The notes beneath the pieces are model-generated. The model was not told where the DNA came from. It saw only the letters and a list, made by a program, of their open reading frames with translations, and made no database searches. A stretch of 64,000 bases of DNA from Spirosoma fluviale. GTDB taxonomy: Bacteria > Bacteroidota > Bacteroidia > Cytophagales > Spirosomataceae. Shown piece after piece: positions 46,772 to 56,529 of the stretch (its first letter is position 1; the number at the start of each line of letters is the position of its first letter). The translations under genes and the position numbers were made by a program. Location: contig CAMDRO010000004.1 in assembly GCA_945906795.1 (NCBI GenBank), positions 5,732-69,731 of the forward strand, given 5' to 3'.

Positions 46772-49728
46772 AATTTAAACGTTTTTTGGGCTAAAGAATC
46801 GTACATAATCTCAACGGTATGTAGTCCGGTTCTTCCGATTCCATCTTTTAATTGATGCCGGCAAGATGTTCCATTAGACGCAATGATGACCGAATCTTTG
46901 GCTGCTAAAACACGAGGAAATAATACTAAATTGGCTATTTGTTGGGATATTTTATAGTGTTTTCTCTCATAACCAAAAGATCCGGCCATGCCGCAACAAC
47001 CTGTGGGCAAAAGTTCCACTTCTTGATTTTCCGGAAAACTTAATACGTGTCTTGTTGACACAAGTCCTGCAATCGATTTTTGGTGGCAATGGCCATGTAA
47101 AATGATTTTTGTGTTTTCTTGCTTGAAGTCTGACTTCAGTATTTTTTTGTTTTTAATTTGTTGGGATAAAAATTCGTCCACCAACAAGCAATTTTTGCCA
47201 ATTTGTGTGGCTAAGGCTCTTAATTCAGGACTCACCAAATCTGGAATTTCATCCCTAAATGTTAAAATGGCACTGGGTTCGATTCCAATAAATGGTTCTT
47301 TAGAATTTATAATTGGAGTTAATATTTCAATATTTTTCTCAGCTATTTTTTTTGCTTCGATCAACATTCCCTTGGACAAATAACTTCGACCACTAATCAC
47401 ACCATGAGGGATCTTTACGCCAAAACCCAATTCATTTAACAGAAGCACTGTTTTTTTACCTAAGTCCACTTCATTATAATTGGTGAATTCGTCAGCAAAC
47501 AAATAAACGGAACCACTATTAAATTGATTCTGTGGATATTTTTTAGCATATTTTTTGAACCAATCCTCCAACGAATGGAAATGTACCTTGGGTAAACTTC
47601 TTTCCCAAGAAAACCCTAATATGGTTTTTATGATTATGCTGGAAATTGGAAACTCAATAAAGAAATTATAGATGGGTGCAAATTTTCTAGCTAAATTTTG
47701 CAGCAAAGGAAAATGGCCAATCATTTGTGTTCTCCAAGGAATGCCATCAGTTAAATATTTTTGCTGAAGCGTTTCTGCTTTTAATTTAGTGATATCCACT
47801 CCAGAAGGGCATTCGGTTTGGCAACCTTTGCAGGATAGACAAAGATCTAGGATTTCATTTAATTCAGGATTAGTGAATGGGTTTTCTCCTGGTTCAGATA
47901 ATATTTGTCTGAGCATATTGGCTCTAGCCCGAGTACTATCTTTTTCATCTAGGGTCGCCATGAAACTAGGGCACATGGTTCCTCCTGTTAAGGCTGTTTT
48001 TTTACAATCCCCTGAACCTGAGCATTTTTCGGCTAGCCTAAGTGGATTTTCAAAATCTCCATAATTGAAAAAGTTCTTGATTTTATAACCTTCAGTATTT
48101 GAAATCCGGAATTCTTCATCCATGGGTGGGCTATTAACAATTTTCCCAGGATTAAGGATTTGTAATGGATCAAAAATTTCTTTGATCTCTTTAAAAAGAT
48201 CAAGCAATTCCTTGCCCATCATTTTTTCAATAAATTCACCTCTTAATCGACCATCCCCATGTTCGCCACTTAATGAACCTTGGTATTTTTTTAAAATGTC
48301 AACGGTTTCGCTTAAAATAGTTCGGAACAGTATTTTTCCATTGGGAGAGTTGATATCTAAAAAGGGTTCGATGTGTAATTCGCCTGCTCCGGCATGCGCA
48401 TAATAGGCAGCTTCGACTTCGTGTTTAGCTAATAAGGCTTGTATTTCTGCCACATAATTAGGCAGATCTACGGGCGAGACCGCACAGTCTTCAATTAAAT
48501 TTACAGGCTGTTTCTTACTAATGGTATTTCTAATCAGTCCCAATCCGGCCTTTCTAATGCCCCAACCTTTATCGATATTATTTTTATCGAGTACGGGGTA
48601 GGCATAGCCTAATTGGGAATCTTTTAAGTTTTCAATGCACGCATTTACTTGATGATTAAGTCCTTCAATGGTTGCAGACCTAAACTCGACCATTAAAATT
48701 GCGGCAGGTTTTCCTTCGATGAAATCGCGATCATTTTGAAAATTGGGATGATTTTCTGTAAACGAAAGAATATAATCATCCACTAATTCAGATGCCGTCG
48801 GTTGGTGTGTGAGTGCAACAATATTGGCTTCTAAAGATTCTTGTATGGAATGACAATGAATGCAAATGAGTGCAACCTCACTAGCCGGCAAATCCAATAA
48901 ATTTAATTTCATTGAATGAACGATGGCTAAAGTTCCTTCAGATCCGGCAATTAAAGCGGATAAATTAAAGGGCTGACCTGATGGATTGAAGGGTTGCATG
49001 TCGATTAAAGCATCCAGCGCATATCCACTATTACGCCTTTTAATTTCTGCCTTAGGAAAGCGGGATTTAATCTGATTTTGAAGCTCAGGATTGTTTAATA
49101 TTCGATGTATTTCCTTATAGATATTTCCTTCTAAACTATTTAGCGAAGTTTTTTTGTAAAATTCATCGTTGCTGAGTGAATGAGTGTGTATTTCAGTCCC
49201 ATCTGACAAAATAGCTCTCGTCTCTAATAAATGGTCTCTGACATTTCCCCAAACAATGGAATGCAATCCGCAGGAATTATTTCCTAACATGCCACCTAAA
49301 AGTGCTCGGTTAGCGGTCGATGTTTCTGGACCAAAAAACAGCCCAGACGTCTCAATTTGTTTATTTAAATCGTCCCTTATAATTCCAGGTTCTACCCAAA
49401 CAGATTTTTCTTTTTTATTTAAAAGTAAAATTCTACTCAAATTGGAAGCCACCTCCATGACGATTCCATTGCCGACCACTTGGCCTGCTAAGGAGGTACC
49501 TGCCCCCCTTGGAATAATGGATGTTTTATGTTTTTTTGCAAAAAGCATAAGGCGCTTGATGTCTTTGTAATTAGCCGGAATGGCTACGGCACTAGGTTTT
49601 ACTTGATATACAGAAGCATCTGTTGAATATATTTTTCGAGCAATCTCAGAATCTTGAGATTGATCTACATATAATTTTCCTTCAAAATGAATTGTTAAGT
49701 TTTCTAATTCTGATTTACTCCAAACCAT
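46768..49728 (-). CDS. Large FAD-linked oxidase / 4Fe-4S / CCG-domain oxidoreductase (YdiJ-like)
   Basis: The FAD-binding PCMH motif is PRGAGTSLAGQ, followed by GSLSGEHGDGRLRG. The ferredoxin cluster is CLSCKGCQTECPSG. The CCG-type repeats are HGHCHQKS and GCCGMAGSFG. ATG 49728 is preferred over the track TTG 49743. Confidence 0.85.
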   Translation of the reverse strand: MVWSKSELENLTIHFEGKLYVDQSQDSEIARKIYSTDASVYQVKPSAVAIPANYKDIKRLMLFAKKHKTSIIPRGAGTSLAGQVVGNGIVMEVASNLSRILLLNKKEKSVWVEPGIIRDDLNKQIETSGLFFGPETSTANRALLGGMLGNNSCGLHSIVWGNVRDHLLETRAILSDGTEIHTHSLSNDEFYKKTSLNSLEGNIYKEIHRILNNPELQNQIKSRFPKAEIKRRNSGYALDALIDMQPFNPSGQPFNLSALIAGSEGTLAIVHSMKLNLLDLPASEVALICIHCHSIQESLEANIVALTHQPTASELVDDYILSFTENHPNFQNDRDFIEGKPAAILMVEFRSATIEGLNHQVNACIENLKDSQLGYAYPVLDKNNIDKGWGIRKAGLGLIRNTISKKQPVNLIEDCAVSPVDLPNYVAEIQALLAKHEVEAAYYAHAGAGELHIEPFLDINSPNGKILFRTILSETVDILKKYQGSLSGEHGDGRLRGEFIEKMMGKELLDLFKEIKEIFDPLQILNPGKIVNSPPMDEEFRISNTEGYKIKNFFNYGDFENPLRLAEKCSGSGDCKKTALTGGTMCPSFMATLDEKDSTRARANMLRQILSEPGENPFTNPELNEILDLCLSCKGCQTECPSGVDITKLKAETLQQKYLTDGIPWRTQMIGHFPLLQNLARKFAPIYNFFIEFPISSIIIKTILGFSWERSLPKVHFHSLEDWFKKYAKKYPQNQFNSGSVYLFADEFTNYNEVDLGKKTVLLLNELGFGVKIPHGVISGRSYLSKGMLIEAKKIAEKNIEILTPIINSKEPFIGIEPSAILTFRDEIPDLVSPELRALATQIGKNCLLVDEFLSQQIKNKKILKSDFKQENTKIILHGHCHQKSIAGLVSTRHVLSFPENQEVELLPTGCCGMAGSFGYERKHYKISQQIANLVLFPRVLAAKDSVIIASNGTSCRHQLKDGIGRTGLHTVEIMYDSLAQKTFKL

Positions 49729-49866
49729 AACATTATCCGACAAAGTCTAAAATTACAAAATCCAATCTTACCTTCATAGAACCATTTAGAGTTTATATTT
49801 TCTATTCATCAACTAATCATACAAGGTTTCACTAATAATTGTAATTTTGGGTTGAAACCATTATTT

Positions 49867-51111
49867 ATGATATTTTTAATTCAAGTTTGGGAGAGTTTTT
49901 TGTTTGCCTACCAAGCATTAAAGTCCAATATTTTAAGAACCACACTATCTCTTTTAGGTGTTAGTGTGGGTATTTTCGCTATAGTCGCTGTATTTACCGC
50001 AGTGGATTCGCTAAATAAAAATATTCGATCAGAAATAGACTCATTTTCAGGGGCGGGTGTTTTTTACCTAGGTAAATGGCCATGGATTATGGAGAATAAT
50101 TATCCGTGGTGGAAGTATTTTAATCGGCCAGACATGAAATATTCAGAATTTAAATTTCTGAAAGAAAATTTAAAATCGGCCCAGGCTGTGGCCATCATTG
50201 ACAATGGAAATACAAAAACTGCGTCAAAAGGGAGTAACAGCATGGATGTCAATATGACTGGAGCTAGTTATGATTATAATCAAATTGCCAATATCCCGAT
50301 TGCTTCAGGCCGTTATTTTTTGCCCATAGAATCAGAAAATGGAATGAACGTTTGTATCATAGGTTCTTTGGTTGCTGAAAACTTACTATTAAGTTCAAAA
50401 GCGGTGGGAGAGGTAATCAAGTTGAATGGAATAAAATTCACCATTATCGGTGTCATTGAAAAAAAGGGGACGGACATTTTGAGTTTTGGGGGAACTCCGG
50501 ATGAAAAAGTTTTTATTCCTTATTCGACCTATTCGTCTATATTTCAAAAAGATAGACCCTCACCTGATATTGCGCTAAAAGCTTTTGATTCGGATTTGGG
50601 CCAATTGAACATGGAGGGGGAAGTAACTGGATTGATGAGGGGATTGAGATCAATCAAGCCTAAAGATGAGCTTAGCTTTTCGGTGAACCGACTAGATGGC
50701 TTAAATCAATTTTTTGATGGAATATTTGCTGCTTTAAATATCGCAGGATCATTGATTGCAGGATTTTCGTTATTAGTAGGAGGCTTTGGTATTGCCAATA
50801 TTATGTTTGTCTCTGTTAAAGAAAGGACTAATATTATAGGCATTCAGAAATCGTTAGGTGCCAAAAATTATTTTATTTTATTCCAATTTTTATTTGAAGC
50901 TATTTTTCTAAGCTTGATTGGCGGTTTAGTCGGTATAGGACTTGTGGTGCTTATTACCTATATACCACAAGAAGCTTTGCCACTCCAATTAACGTTCGCA
51001 AATATCAGTAAAGGATTGATTATTTCTAGCTTTATAGGCGTTTTGTCAGGCATCATTCCTGCTTGGGTTGCCGCTAAAATGGACCCTGTTATAGCCATCA
51101 GGTCCAAGTAA
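49867..51111 (+). CDS. ABC transporter permease, MacB/FtsX family (no adjacent ATPase)
   Basis: An N-terminal TM helix is followed by a large periplasmic MacB_PCD-like domain and the C-terminal FtsX 3-TM module (IGIQKSLGAKNYFI...). Confidence 0.85.
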   Translation: MIFLIQVWESFLFAYQALKSNILRTTLSLLGVSVGIFAIVAVFTAVDSLNKNIRSEIDSFSGAGVFYLGKWPWIMENNYPWWKYFNRPDMKYSEFKFLKENLKSAQAVAIIDNGNTKTASKGSNSMDVNMTGASYDYNQIANIPIASGRYFLPIESENGMNVCIIGSLVAENLLLSSKAVGEVIKLNGIKFTIIGVIEKKGTDILSFGGTPDEKVFIPYSTYSSIFQKDRPSPDIALKAFDSDLGQLNMEGEVTGLMRGLRSIKPKDELSFSVNRLDGLNQFFDGIFAALNIAGSLIAGFSLLVGGFGIANIMFVSVKERTNIIGIQKSLGAKNYFILFQFLFEAIFLSLIGGLVGIGLVVLITYIPQEALPLQLTFANISKGLIISSFIGVLSGIIPAWVAAKMDPVIAIRSK

Positions 51112-51130
51112 AATGAAACTATACTTAAAT

Positions 51131-51164
51131 AAAGAAGCCTGTCATTTACATGAGAGGCTTCTTT
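51131..51164. terminator. Bidirectional terminator between the permease gene and mdh
   Basis: A perfect 10-bp stem is formed by aaagaagcct (51131..51140) and aggcttcttt (51155..51164), with a 14-nt loop. Confidence 0.6.
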
Positions 51165-51183
51165 AATAACTAAGAATACGAAT

Positions 51184-52119
51184 TTATAGCGAAAGTGTTT
51201 CTAATACCGCATTCATATTTCGAACCGCATCGGCTGATTTATTGAAGGTAGCTTGTTCTTCTTCGGTCAATTTATAATCAATGATTTTTTCCCAACCATT
51301 CTTACCTAAAATGACAGGAACTCCTAAACAAATGTCTTTTTGATTATATTCTCCATCCAATGGAACGCAACATGCCATGATCTTTTTTTCATCTCTCACG
51401 ATGGCTTCCACTAAAGCTGCTCCTGCAGCTCCCGGGGCGTACCAAGCCGATGTTCCCAACAGGCCTGTTAAAGTGGCTCCGCCGACCATTGTGTCTGCGA
51501 CAACTTGATCCAACGTTTCAGCATCCAAAAATTGGCTTACCGGAACCCCATTATACGTAGCCAAACGTTTTAACGGAATCATGGTTGTATCTCCATGACC
51601 ACCGATCACCGTACCTGAAATATCATTAATGGAAACATCCATGGCTTTGGCTAAATAACATTTAAACCGAGCTGAGTCTAATGTACCTCCCATTCCTATA
51701 ATTCGATGCTTATCCAAACCAGCTATCGATTTTGTTAAATAAGTCATGGTATCCATCGGATTTGAAATAATCACGATAATCGGATTTTTAGAATATTGAA
51801 GGATATTTTCAACCACACTTTTTACAATTCCTGCATTCACGCCAATTAGCTCTTCACGCGTCATTCCTGGTTTACGAGGCAAACCTGAAGTGATGACAAC
51901 GACATCCGAATTAGCCGTTTTAGTATAATCATTTGTTGAACCAATTAGCGTCGTATCAAAGCCTAATAAACTGGCTGTTTGATACATATCTAACGTTTTT
52001 CCTTCTGCGATACCTTCTTTGATATCTAATAAAACTAATTCATCTGCTAATTCTTTTCTTGCGATATTGTCAGCGCACGTGGCTCCAACAGCACCTGCTC
52101 CTACTACGGTAATTTTCAT
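51184..52119 (-). CDS. mdh: Malate dehydrogenase (LDH-like MDH)
   Basis: The N-terminus is MKITVVGAGAVGATCA, followed by ITSGLPRKPGMTREEL and IGGHGDTM. ATG 52119 is preferred over the track start 52161. Confidence 0.93.
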   Translation of the reverse strand: MKITVVGAGAVGATCADNIARKELADELVLLDIKEGIAEGKTLDMYQTASLLGFDTTLIGSTNDYTKTANSDVVVITSGLPRKPGMTREELIGVNAGIVKSVVENILQYSKNPIIVIISNPMDTMTYLTKSIAGLDKHRIIGMGGTLDSARFKCYLAKAMDVSINDISGTVIGGHGDTTMIPLKRLATYNGVPVSQFLDAETLDQVVADTMVGGATLTGLLGTSAWYAPGAAGAALVEAIVRDEKKIMACCVPLDGEYNQKDICLGVPVILGKNGWEKIIDYKLTEEEQATFNKSADAVRNMNAVLETLSL

Positions 52120-52276
52120 TTTTAAAAAATTTAGTATTAATTGATTCAAAAAATTTTTCAAAATTACGACAAAAGAGCTAATAATTAAATGATTTTTTCG
52201 TTAACCTGATTATTAAGGATAAGACAACTAAAATTTTAAAATGATTTTAGTATATTTAAAAGTTTAAATCTAATTT

Positions 52277-52696
52277 ATGACCCGTAATATGAGTTTTATT
52301 AACAGAATCCTAGACTCTAAATACTTTAAAGAAGCTTTGCAAAAGGGGGAGGATATTATTCAAAAAGACCAATTGGGTTTGTTGAATTTAATTAAACGCG
52401 CACTTCAAAAAGTTACTGAAACGGCAGCAAATAGTAATTTGACCGTTGTGAAGCTTTTAAATCACTACGTTGTGTTATTTAGCCAATTGATGAAGGCTTA
52501 TATCCAAGGAACTTATCGAAAACTTCCCGCCATTGCTTTGGCGAAAATAGCGGCAGTTTTAATTTATTTTATATCCCCATTCGATTTCATACCTGATGTG
52601 TTACCTATTATTGGTTTTACGGATGATTTAGCTCTGTTTCTTTGGATTGGAAAATCAATAAAGAATGAATTGGATGAATTTGAAAAGCAATTGTAA
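52277..52696 (+). CDS. DUF1232 (YkvA-like) membrane protein
   Basis: The segment YFISPFDFIPDVLPIIGFTDDLALFLW is the DUF1232 core motif. Confidence 0.7.
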   Translation: MTRNMSFINRILDSKYFKEALQKGEDIIQKDQLGLLNLIKRALQKVTETAANSNLTVVKLLNHYVVLFSQLMKAYIQGTYRKLPAIALAKIAAVLIYFISPFDFIPDVLPIIGFTDDLALFLWIGKSIKNELDEFEKQL

Positions 52697-52766
52697 TCTT
52701 TTGATTTTTAAATTGAGGATTTTTAACTAGGATTGAATATATTTACACAATTAAAATTTAGAAAAC

Positions 52767-52973
52767 ATGAACGCAGCAAGTATATTATTGTTTTTGAATG
52801 GTTTAGGTGGCGGTGAATTATTGCTTATCGGATTAGCCATTCTATTATTTTTTGGAGGTAAAAAGTTACCGGAACTTATGAGAGGATTGGGTAAAGGTAT
52901 TCGTGAATTTCAGGACGCCAAAAATGAAGTTAAGGATCAGATTAACAAAGAATTAGACGAAACTAAAAAATAG
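52767..52973 (+). CDS. tatA: Twin-arginine translocase subunit TatA/E
   Basis: The 68-aa protein has a TM helix plus amphipathic helix, LLLIGLAILLFFGGKKLPELMRGLGKGIREF. Confidence 0.85.
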   Translation: MNAASILLFLNGLGGGELLLIGLAILLFFGGKKLPELMRGLGKGIREFQDAKNEVKDQINKELDETKK

Positions 52974-52998
52974 TTTTATTTTATTCTTTTTAAAAAAT

Positions 52999-53027
52999 GC
53001 ATAGTTGGATCTTCCAACTATGCTTTT
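52999..53027 (+). terminator. Rho-independent terminator of tatA
   Basis: A perfect 10-bp stem is formed by gcatagttgg (52999..53008) and ccaactatgc (53014..53023). A tttt run follows. Confidence 0.65.
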
Positions 53028-53052
53028 GTGTTTAATTGAACCCCCATTTTTA

Positions 53053-54453
53053 ATGGAAAATTTCCCTCAGCCTTATTCAGAAATAAGAAATCATTTATTT
53101 CAAGGCACCTTGTCCTGTGTTGATTTGGTCACGCAATATTTAAGTCGAATTGATGCTTTAAATGAACAATTGAATGTTTTTTTAGAAGTATATTCGGAGG
53201 AAGCTCTTGCTTCAGCTAGATGTATTGATCAAAAAATTAAAGAAGGAAATGCAGGTAAATTAGCCGGAATGGTAATAGGTCTGAAAGATTTACTTTGTTA
53301 TCAAGATCACGGAGCACAAGCGGGAAGCCAAATTTTACATGGATTTAAATCTACTTTTTCAGCTACAGCAGTCCAAAGGTTGATCAGTGAAGATGCCATT
53401 ATTATAGGCAGACAAAATTGTGATGAGTTTGGGATGGGTTCGACCAATGAAAATTCATCCTTCGGTCCTGTTTTAAATTATACGAATACTAATCACGTTT
53501 CTGGGGGTAGTTCAGGCGGTTCAGCAGTAGCTGTCCAAGCTGGAATGTGTCACCTTTCATTAGGTACGGACACGGGAGGTTCCATCCGAATGCCCGCATC
53601 TTTTTGTGGGATTTCAGGACTGAAGCCAACCTACGGGCTAGTATCCCGTTGGGGATTAATTGCGTATGCCTCTTCTTTTGATTCTATTGGCCCTATGTGC
53701 CATCATCCCGCTGACCTTAAGTTAGTGATGGATGTTATCGCAGGTCCTGATGAATTTGATAGCACAGTCAGCAGCTTGGATAAGAAAGATTTTGCACCTA
53801 AAAAAAGACTTGCCTACATTAAAGAGATTGTCGAGCATCCAAGTTTACAAACTGAAATCAAAGAACAATTTTTTCTAAAAGTTGGGCAATTAAAACAAAA
53901 AGGTTTCGTTGTTGAATCTGTTGATTTTGCATACATAGATCAAATGCTGCCCACATATTATGTCTTAACTACGGCTGAAGCAAGTTCTAATCTTTCAAGA
54001 TTTGATGGGGTTAAATTTGGCCAAAGAACTCAAAATCCCCGTGATTTAATGGATATGTATAAAAAAACTCGGAATGAGGGTTTTGGCGAGGAAGTTAAAC
54101 GTCGTATCATGCTGGGTACCTTTGTTTTAAGTGCTAATTACTATGATGCTTATTACACAAAAGCACAAAAGGTTAGGCGATTAATTAAAGAACGTACGGA
54201 TGCGATTTTGAAAGATTTTGATTTTATCGTTTCGCCTACAACCTCTTCTACTGCTTATCGATTAGGGGAAAAAACGTTAGATCCCCTTCAGATGTATTTA
54301 GGTGATTTGTTTACAGTGCAGGCAAATGTGACTGGTTTGCCGGCTATTACAGTACCAGCAGGCAAGGACTTACATGGACTTTCGATTGGATTTCAGGCGA
54401 TGGGACCCGCTTATTCAGAAGATGAATTGGTTGATTTTACTTCATATTTATAA
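53053..54453 (+). CDS. gatA: Glutamyl/aspartyl-tRNA amidotransferase subunit A
   Basis: The amidase signature is GGSSGGSAVAV ... GTDTGGSIRMPASFCG. ATG 53053 is preferred because the track start 53005 lies inside the tatA terminator hairpin. Confidence 0.92.
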   Translation: MENFPQPYSEIRNHLFQGTLSCVDLVTQYLSRIDALNEQLNVFLEVYSEEALASARCIDQKIKEGNAGKLAGMVIGLKDLLCYQDHGAQAGSQILHGFKSTFSATAVQRLISEDAIIIGRQNCDEFGMGSTNENSSFGPVLNYTNTNHVSGGSSGGSAVAVQAGMCHLSLGTDTGGSIRMPASFCGISGLKPTYGLVSRWGLIAYASSFDSIGPMCHHPADLKLVMDVIAGPDEFDSTVSSLDKKDFAPKKRLAYIKEIVEHPSLQTEIKEQFFLKVGQLKQKGFVVESVDFAYIDQMLPTYYVLTTAEASSNLSRFDGVKFGQRTQNPRDLMDMYKKTRNEGFGEEVKRRIMLGTFVLSANYYDAYYTKAQKVRRLIKERTDAILKDFDFIVSPTTSSTAYRLGEKTLDPLQMYLGDLFTVQANVTGLPAITVPAGKDLHGLSIGFQAMGPAYSEDELVDFTSYL

Positions 54454-54462
54454 TAAATTTCG

Positions 54463-55899
54463 TTGAAAATAAAGATTACATATTTAATCTATTTTTGCTT
54501 CCTTTCAAGCTCTTTGTTTGGTCAGGTTAGGAGTGGATTTTTACCTAATATTGATCGTAAGTTTATTGACTCTTTAGCTCGAAACGAACAAGGGGTACCC
54601 ACATCTTTAATGATTGACCCTTCTTTAATTCAGAATCGGTTGAGATCAATTCAAAATGTAATACCCCTTATTTACAATCAATACTCGCATCAATATGTTG
54701 AATATTTTGCTTTTAAGAAAGCCGCATTTACGCAGCATATGTTGGAAAAGCGAGATCTATATTTTCCTATTTACGAAAAATACCTCAAGCAATATGGATT
54801 GCCTGATGAGTTGAAATATTTGTCTTTGATCGAATCTGGGCTTGAAACCAAAGCTTTATCCTTAAAAGGGGCTGGTGGTTTATGGCAATTTATGCCATAT
54901 ACGGCTCGGGGTGATTTTGGTCTACGAGTCGATTCTTATGTGGATGAAAGATTTGACCCAGAACGTGCCACAGAGGCTGCATGTAAATATATGCGCCAAT
55001 TGTATCGCATTTTTGGAGATTGGCACATGGCCTTAGCCGCCTATAATACGGGTCCTGGGAATGTTAAACGGGCAATAAGGCGTTGTGGATCAACGGATTT
55101 TTGGGGTATTTATAATTGCCTTCCCAAAGAAACACGTAATTATGTTCCTCAATATATTGCTATTTCATATATGATGAATTTTCATTGGGATCATGCTATT
55201 CAACCTCAGGAATGGGCTTTTCATATGCCTTCTGACACCTTGCATTTGAAAGGATTTGTCAATTTAAAAGTATTATCGTCCTTAGCTGGATTTTCATTGG
55301 ACACTTTTAGAGTTTTAAATCCTCATATTTTAGGAAATTCTATTCCATCTGATGTAGACAAAATTATTGTACGTATCCCCAAAGAAAAATTTGCTTTTTT
55401 TAGTGAGAATCGTTTAAAAATTCTGGATTCTGCTCGTTATTTTGGAACGCGTAAAGTTTTAGGTATTTCTTTAGGATCCATCGACTCCACCGCAGGACTT
55501 CGGATGTTGAAAAATTCAAAGAAAAAATACTTGGTACGTAAAGGAGAGACTATTTATACGATAGCCCGGAACCTAGATGTTTCAGTACTGGAATTAAAAC
55601 GCATTAACCGTTTGCGATCCAACCGGTTAAAAAGGGGAAAAGTGCTGTACTACTTTGTCAAGGAATGGGTTGACATGGAAATGGCAAATGTTTTTTCTAA
55701 GGTCGAAATTAATAATAGTATACCCGCTGAGTTTAAGACAAGATCAAAAAGAAGAACAATTTATCATCGCGTTCGGCCTGGAGATACATTATCCCAAATT
55801 GCTGAACAATACAATGGCAGTACCATAGCAAAAATTAAAAAATTAAATAGACTTCGTTCTTCGGTTTTAAGGCCAGGAATGAGGTTAAAAATTTCATAA
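54463..55899 (+). CDS. Lytic transglycosylase (SLT domain) with two C-terminal LysM domains (MltD-like)
   Basis: It has a signal peptide. The SLT motifs are LSLIESGLE, GLWQFMPYTAR and AYNTGPGNV. The LysM repeats are YLVRKGETIYTIARNL and YHRVRPGDTLSQIAEQY. A TTG start is apparently required. Confidence 0.85.
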   Translation: MKIKITYLIYFCFLSSSLFGQVRSGFLPNIDRKFIDSLARNEQGVPTSLMIDPSLIQNRLRSIQNVIPLIYNQYSHQYVEYFAFKKAAFTQHMLEKRDLYFPIYEKYLKQYGLPDELKYLSLIESGLETKALSLKGAGGLWQFMPYTARGDFGLRVDSYVDERFDPERATEAACKYMRQLYRIFGDWHMALAAYNTGPGNVKRAIRRCGSTDFWGIYNCLPKETRNYVPQYIAISYMMNFHWDHAIQPQEWAFHMPSDTLHLKGFVNLKVLSSLAGFSLDTFRVLNPHILGNSIPSDVDKIIVRIPKEKFAFFSENRLKILDSARYFGTRKVLGISLGSIDSTAGLRMLKNSKKKYLVRKGETIYTIARNLDVSVLELKRINRLRSNRLKRGKVLYYFVKEWVDMEMANVFSKVEINNSIPAEFKTRSKRRTIYHRVRPGDTLSQIAEQYNGSTIAKIKKLNRLRSSVLRPGMRLKIS

Positions 55900-55900
55900 A

Positions 55901-56488
55901 ATGATCGCATACCTACAAGGAAAATTAGCACATAAAGACAGAGCGCATGTCATTATAGACGTTCAAGGAGTTGGCTATGAAGTGAAAATTTCATTGCAAA
56001 CATTTGATTCATTGTCTAGTGGAGATGAAAATTGTAAACTTTTTACTCATTTACAGATCAAAGAAGACGCACATACCCTGGTGGGTTTTTATGAAATGGA
56101 TGAAAAATTATTATTTCTTGATTTGATTAGTGTTTCGGGGGTAGGTGTTTCAACTGCCTTGGTTATGCTGTCCTCTTTTTCTAGTGGAGAAATACGAGGA
56201 GCCATTATGAATGAAAATATTGCTTTGATTCAATCGATCAAAGGAATTGGGTCTAAGACAGCCCAACGAGTTATTCTCGAATTAAAAGATAAGTGTAAAA
56301 AGGATACATTGTTTGTGGAAGCTGGTAAATCTTCCCCTGATAAGTCATACGGCATTAAGCAAGAGGCTTTAGGGGCATTGGTAACGCTAGGAATTCCTCG
56401 AGTAGCTGCTGAGAAAAATTTAGAACAATTATTGAAATCAAACCCAGATGCTACTATTGAGCAACTTATTAAACTAGCCCTTCGTTAA
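55901..56488 (+). CDS. ruvA: Holliday junction branch migration complex subunit RuvA
   Basis: The N-terminus is MIAYLQGKL...GVGYEV. The HhH motifs are ISVSGVGVSTAL and IKGIGSKTAQRVILEL. Confidence 0.92.
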   Translation: MIAYLQGKLAHKDRAHVIIDVQGVGYEVKISLQTFDSLSSGDENCKLFTHLQIKEDAHTLVGFYEMDEKLLFLDLISVSGVGVSTALVMLSSFSSGEIRGAIMNENIALIQSIKGIGSKTAQRVILELKDKCKKDTLFVEAGKSSPDKSYGIKQEALGALVTLGIPRVAAEKNLEQLLKSNPDATIEQLIKLALR

Positions 56489-56529
56489 CGTATTATTTTT
56501 CATTTGTGCAAAGAGACGGTAAAATCGAT

